A stretch of DNA of 8,641 nucleotides from Ascoidea asiatica JCM 7603 (lineage: Eukaryota > Fungi > Ascomycota): contig BCKQ01000010.1 of NCBI GenBank assembly GCA_001600695.1, forward strand, positions 116,604 through 125,244, read 5' to 3'. The stretch's first letter is position 1; each line of letters starts with the position of its first letter. This document shows, one piece after another, positions 7,971 through 8,641 of the stretch. Below the pieces are notes generated by a model that did no database searches, had not been told where the DNA came from, and worked only from the letters and a program-made list of their open reading frames with translations. Both the position numbers and the translations under genes were made by a program.

Positions 7971-8641
7971 ATGATTTCTAAGGATAAGATTTTAATTGTT
8001 GGTAGAAGGAAATCAGGTAAGATTCGATTATTAAAAAAAATATTAAGAAAAAATTTCATTGAAGATTTAACTAATGAAACTGATGGTCATTGTGGATTAA
8101 TTTATAAACATAATATTATCAATAAGTATTATCGTAAGGATATTGAAATTTGGATTGATGAATTTAAGGAAGTTGAAGAAGAAGATTTATGGGTTAAAGA
8201 ATTTTTAAATTTTGAATATAAAGAAATTCGAGATGTTATTAATGGTATAGTTTATTGTATTGATTTAAACAATTTAAAAGAGAATGAAATCATCAGGGAA
8301 ATTAATTTAATCAATGATAGGTTAAAGATTATCAAAAAAGAATTTGAAAAAGATCAAATAATCAATAAACATTTTTTAAATTATGAAGAAGAATTTAGTA
8401 GTAATATTGAAGATTATGATAATATTAGTGATTATAATAATAGTATTGATAATTATAATAATATTATTCTTGAAAACTATAATAAAAATATCAATAATAT
8501 TAATGAAGAATTTGCAATTTGGGAAGGATTTATGTTGGTTGTTGGATTAATGGAAGAAGAAAATATTGAAAAAAATACATCAATAGTTGAAGATATTTTA
8601 TGTTTAAATAATATTGAGTTTATTCCAATCAATTGTAACAA
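7971..8641 (+). CDS. IRC6: Irc6/p34 (AAGAB-like) adaptin-binding clathrin accessory factor with N-terminal G-protein-like fold; 3'-truncated
   Basis: Manual translation has no stop to the window end: MISKDKILIVGRRKSGKIRLL...GHCGLIY...NKYY..DIEIWIDEF...W.KEF...EIRDVINGIVY...WEGFMLVVG. The P-loop-like GxxxSGK, HxGLI, KYY, IDE and WxGF.xVVG blocks match yeast Irc6 as recalled. Start context AAAAATG. An in-frame upstream ATG lies at 7938. Confidence 0.85.
   Translation, partial: MISKDKILIVGRRKSGKIRLLKKILRKNFIEDLTNETDGHCGLIYKHNIINKYYRKDIEIWIDEFKEVEEEDLWVKEFLNFEYKEIRDVINGIVYCIDLNNLKENEIIREINLINDRLKIIKKEFEKDQIINKHFLNYEEEFSSNIEDYDNISDYNNSIDNYNNIILENYNKNINNINEEFAIWEGFMLVVGLMEEENIEKNTSIVEDILCLNNIEFIPINCN

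Overview
AT-rich, intron-free, gene-dense segment that looks like a budding-yeast (Saccharomycotina) nuclear chromosome. It holds five housekeeping genes: the 3' kinase-domain end of PKC1 (+, open from base 1), HSH155/SF3B1 (-), GPI16/PIG-T (+), ELP5/IKI1 (+) and the 5' part of IRC6/p34 (+, missing from the ORF track, runs off the window). I found no RNA gene, mobile element or CRISPR array that I can support. The most striking observation is in HSH155. By my recalled alignment to human SF3B1, it naturally replaces several normally conserved HEAT 4-7 residues that are human cancer hotspots (equivalents of W658, H662, K700, I704, K741, G742), which may indicate a rewired branch-site proofreading surface. 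Secondary observations are a GC-richer minisatellite plus hairpin island between ELP5 and IRC6, near-absence of CTG codons, a GC drop with Asn-rich expansions in the last two genes, and conserved GPI16-ELP5 linkage. All alignments to reference proteins are from memory and need confirming by a real alignment.
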